Source: Alphaproteobacteria bacterium (GTDB lineage: Bacteria > Pseudomonadota > Alphaproteobacteria > Micavibrionales > UBA2020). From it: DNA of 64,000 bases. Position 1 is the stretch's first letter. Each line of letters begins with the position of its first letter. The notes beneath the pieces are model-generated. The model was not told the DNA's origin and did no database searches. It was given only the letters and a program-made list of their open reading frames with translations. The translations under genes and the position numbers were made by a program. The stretch spans positions 5,138 to 69,137 of the forward strand of contig SCTB01000050.1 in NCBI GenBank assembly GCA_004297545.1. The letters are read 5' to 3'. Below, one piece after another: positions 62,333-64,000 of the stretch.

Positions 62333-62962
62333 ATGCGTTACACGTTTTTACCGGGAATTCTCGCGCTGCTGTTGCTGGCGCCGGTTCAGGCGCGCGCGGC
62401 GGAAGTCTTTACGATGCAGCCCACCGAAGTGCGCGCCGGCCCCGATCACCATTACCCGCTGATCACGGTCGCGCCGCGCAACGCCAAGCTGAAGATGGCC
62501 GGCTGCACGCGCAAATACAAATGGTGCGAGGTGGTGGCGAACGGGCTGCACGGCTGGGCGCGGTCGAAGCACCTGGCCGTCGTGCAGCATGGCAAGAACG
62601 TCCGCATCGAGCTTTACGGCGAGGCGCTGGCCGTGCCGGTCATCGTTTACAACGAGCAGGCCTATTGGGGCCGCTATTACCGGACGCGCGATTTCTACAT
62701 CACCCGCTATGTCCAGCATACGGACTGGCGCAACCGCAAGGCGGGCAGCCGCTGCTTCGACCCCGGCCGCGACAAGGACTGCCACCTGATGGTGGTCAAC
62801 CGCGCCGCCACCGTCAGCCGCCCGGTGTCGGAGGCCGACAGCGACCACACGCGTCACGGCAGCTATGCGGACATTGACGCGGGCAGCCGCCCCTTCTGGC
62901 GGAGCGGCACAGCCACCAGCACCCGCGTCAGCACGCGGGCGAATAACGACTACAACAACTGA
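62333..62962 (+). CDS. secreted bacterial SH3 domain protein (paralog 2)
   Basis: Signal peptide MRYTFLPGILALLLLAPVQARA. AGPDHHYPLITVAPRNAKLKMAGCTRKYKWCEVVANGLHGWA. It ends in YNN like paralog 1. GGGGGA lies before the ATG at 62333. Confidence 0.8.
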   Translation: MRYTFLPGILALLLLAPVQARAAEVFTMQPTEVRAGPDHHYPLITVAPRNAKLKMAGCTRKYKWCEVVANGLHGWARSKHLAVVQHGKNVRIELYGEALAVPVIVYNEQAYWGRYYRTRDFYITRYVQHTDWRNRKAGSRCFDPGRDKDCHLMVVNRAATVSRPVSEADSDHTRHGSYADIDAGSRPFWRSGTATSTRVSTRANNDYNN

Positions 62963-62977
62963 TTTTCGCCTGAAATT

Positions 62978-63012
62978 AAAAACGCCGCGGGGTCAAAGCC
63001 GCGGCGTTTTTT
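62978..63012 (+). terminator. strong rho-independent terminator
   Basis: A 13-bp stem, aaaaacgccgcgg/ccgcggcgttttt, with a T-run. Confidence 0.75.
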
Positions 63013-63021
63013 ATTTCATAT

Positions 63022-63053
63022 GTCATACCGGCGAAGGCCGGTATCCACGGACC
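63022..63053. repeat. REP-like palindromic element (GTCATACCGGCGAAGGCCGGTATCCACGGAC)
   Basis: Same family as 23908 and 34389. It is the left member of an inverted pair. Confidence 0.75.
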
Positions 63054-63102
63054 TGAAAGATGGAATAGAACCGTCAGCGGACGGTTTTATGCAGAGACTA
63101 AA

Positions 63103-63133
63103 GTCCGTGGGCCCCGGCCTCCGCCGGGGCGAC
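63103..63133. repeat. REP-like palindromic element, inverted partner of 63022
   Basis: The reverse complement of gtccgtgggccccggcctccgccggggcgac is gtcgccccggcggaggccggggcccacggac. It ends 6 nt before the stop of the nitrilase-family gene. Confidence 0.7.
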
Positions 63134-63138
63134 AGGAG

Positions 63139-64000
63139 TTACCCAATCGACGTCAGCAGCGGGTACGTCTCCGGCCGTCTGTCGCGGAAGAACTGCCAGG
63201 TGTCGCGCACCTGCTGGACCATATCCATGTCCATGTCGGCGATGACCAGCTCGTCCTTGTCTTCGGAGGCGGTGACCAGCAGCTCGCCGCGCGGGTTGCA
63301 GATGTAGGACGAGCCGTAGAACTTGCCGATGTTCCAGGGCTTTTCCACGCCGGGGCGGTTGATCGCGCCCACGTAATATCCGTTCGCGACGGCGGAAGCC
63401 GGCTGTTCCAGCTTCCACAGGTATTGGCTCAAACCCGCGACGGTGGCGGACGGGTTCACCACATATTCCGCGCCTTTCAGCGCCAGCGCGCGCCAGCCCT
63501 CGGGGAAGTGGCGGTCATAGCAGATATACACGCCAAGTTTCACATAGGCGGTGTTGAACACCGGCCAGTCGCTGAACCCGGGTTTGAAAAAGAATTTCTC
63601 ATAGAAACCGGGGCCGACATGCGGGATATGCGTCTTGCGGTATTTGCCAAGGTATTTGCCATCCGCGTCGATGACCGCGGCGGTGTTGTAGTAAATGCCG
63701 GTCAGGTCTTCTTCATAGATGGGAACGACCAGCACCATGTTGTACTTCTTGGCGTATTCCTGCATCAGCTTGACCGTATAGCCGTCGGGGATTTTTTCCG
63801 CCGCGCGATACCATTTCTTGTCCTGCGAGGGGCAGAAATAAGGCTGGGTGAAAACTTCCTGGAAGGACAGCACCTGCACGCCCGCCTTGCCCGCCTGCTC
63901 GATCAGCGGAATATGCGCCGCCAGCATCTTGTCGCGGATCTGCTCCGGCGTGTCGCGCTCGGCGTCGCCCTTCAGGCTCATCTGGATCAGGCCGGCTTTT
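63139..64000 (-). CDS. carbon-nitrogen hydrolase, beta-ureidopropionase-like (nitrilase superfamily), 5' end beyond the window
   Basis: Catalytic E-K-C context (SFQEVF, YRKTHIP, GVYICYDRHFPE) and NPSATV. The frame stays open upstream of the listed Met (…KAGLIQMSLKGD), so the true start is probably past 64000. Confidence 0.88.
   Translation of the reverse strand, partial: KAGLIQMSLKGDAERDTPEQIRDKMLAAHIPLIEQAGKAGVQVLSFQEVFTQPYFCPSQDKKWYRAAEKIPDGYTVKLMQEYAKKYNMVLVVPIYEEDLTGIYYNTAAVIDADGKYLGKYRKTHIPHVGPGFYEKFFFKPGFSDWPVFNTAYVKLGVYICYDRHFPEGWRALALKGAEYVVNPSATVAGLSQYLWKLEQPASAVANGYYVGAINRPGVEKPWNIGKFYGSSYICNPRGELLVTASEDKDELVIADMDMDMVQQVRDTWQFFRDRRPETYPLLTSIG

Noticed and set aside
1-64000. CRISPR arrays, rRNA genes, prophage, IS transposases, retron or DGR reverse transcriptases
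   Set aside because: I saw no regularly spaced direct repeats, no rRNA-like sequence, and no ORF with transposase, integrase or RT motifs on either strand.

Overview
High-GC chromosomal segment. Gene order points to an alphaproteobacterium: ruvX-gatCAB, addB-addA, sdhCDAB, and an alpha-type dcw cluster.

Conserved backbone:
- lpxC (partial, not in the ORF track).
- A complete minus-strand dcw cluster, rsmH-ftsL-ftsI-murE-murF-mraY-murD-ftsW-murG-murC-murB-ddl-ftsQ-ftsA-ftsZ, with several ATGA start/stop overlaps and no mraZ.
- RNase P RNA (rnpB), a purine nucleoside phosphorylase, sdhC-sdhD-sdhA with sdhB detached, addB-addA, ruvX, gatC-gatA-(orphan)-gatB, tRNA-Ser(GCU), a DEAD-box helicase, and a partial nitrilase-superfamily hydrolase.

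Orphan or accessory genes sit inside or next to these conserved operons. Many have their own near-consensus sigma70-like promoters, hairpin terminators or REP-like palindromes.

Candidates for undescribed biology, best first:
1. Two divergent TerD-fold paralogs, each with a roughly 70-residue hydrophobic insertion, plus a HAD phosphatase, translationally coupled to the end of gatB (49455-51669).
2. A convergent operon of four small genes holding five copies of an unrecognised ~90-100 aa domain with a conserved Cys-containing motif (51666-53291). A possible extra member lies at 55861.
3. A 707-aa multi-TM, proline-rich protein flanked by two paralogous Amidase_2 (AmpD/AmiD-like) genes (25466-29163).
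4. A low-GC AAA-ATPase/wHTH gene downstream of tRNA-Ser.
5. A 181-bp element with perfect 32-bp terminal inverted repeats next to rnpB.
6. sdhA and sdhB split by an ankyrin-repeat gene, an orphan gene and a perfect inverted REP pair.
7. A tandem paralog pair where mraZ normally sits.

No CRISPR array, transposase, integrase or rRNA was seen. Most long ORFs antisense to real genes are GC-driven shadow ORFs. All homology calls come from motif recognition by eye; no searches were run.
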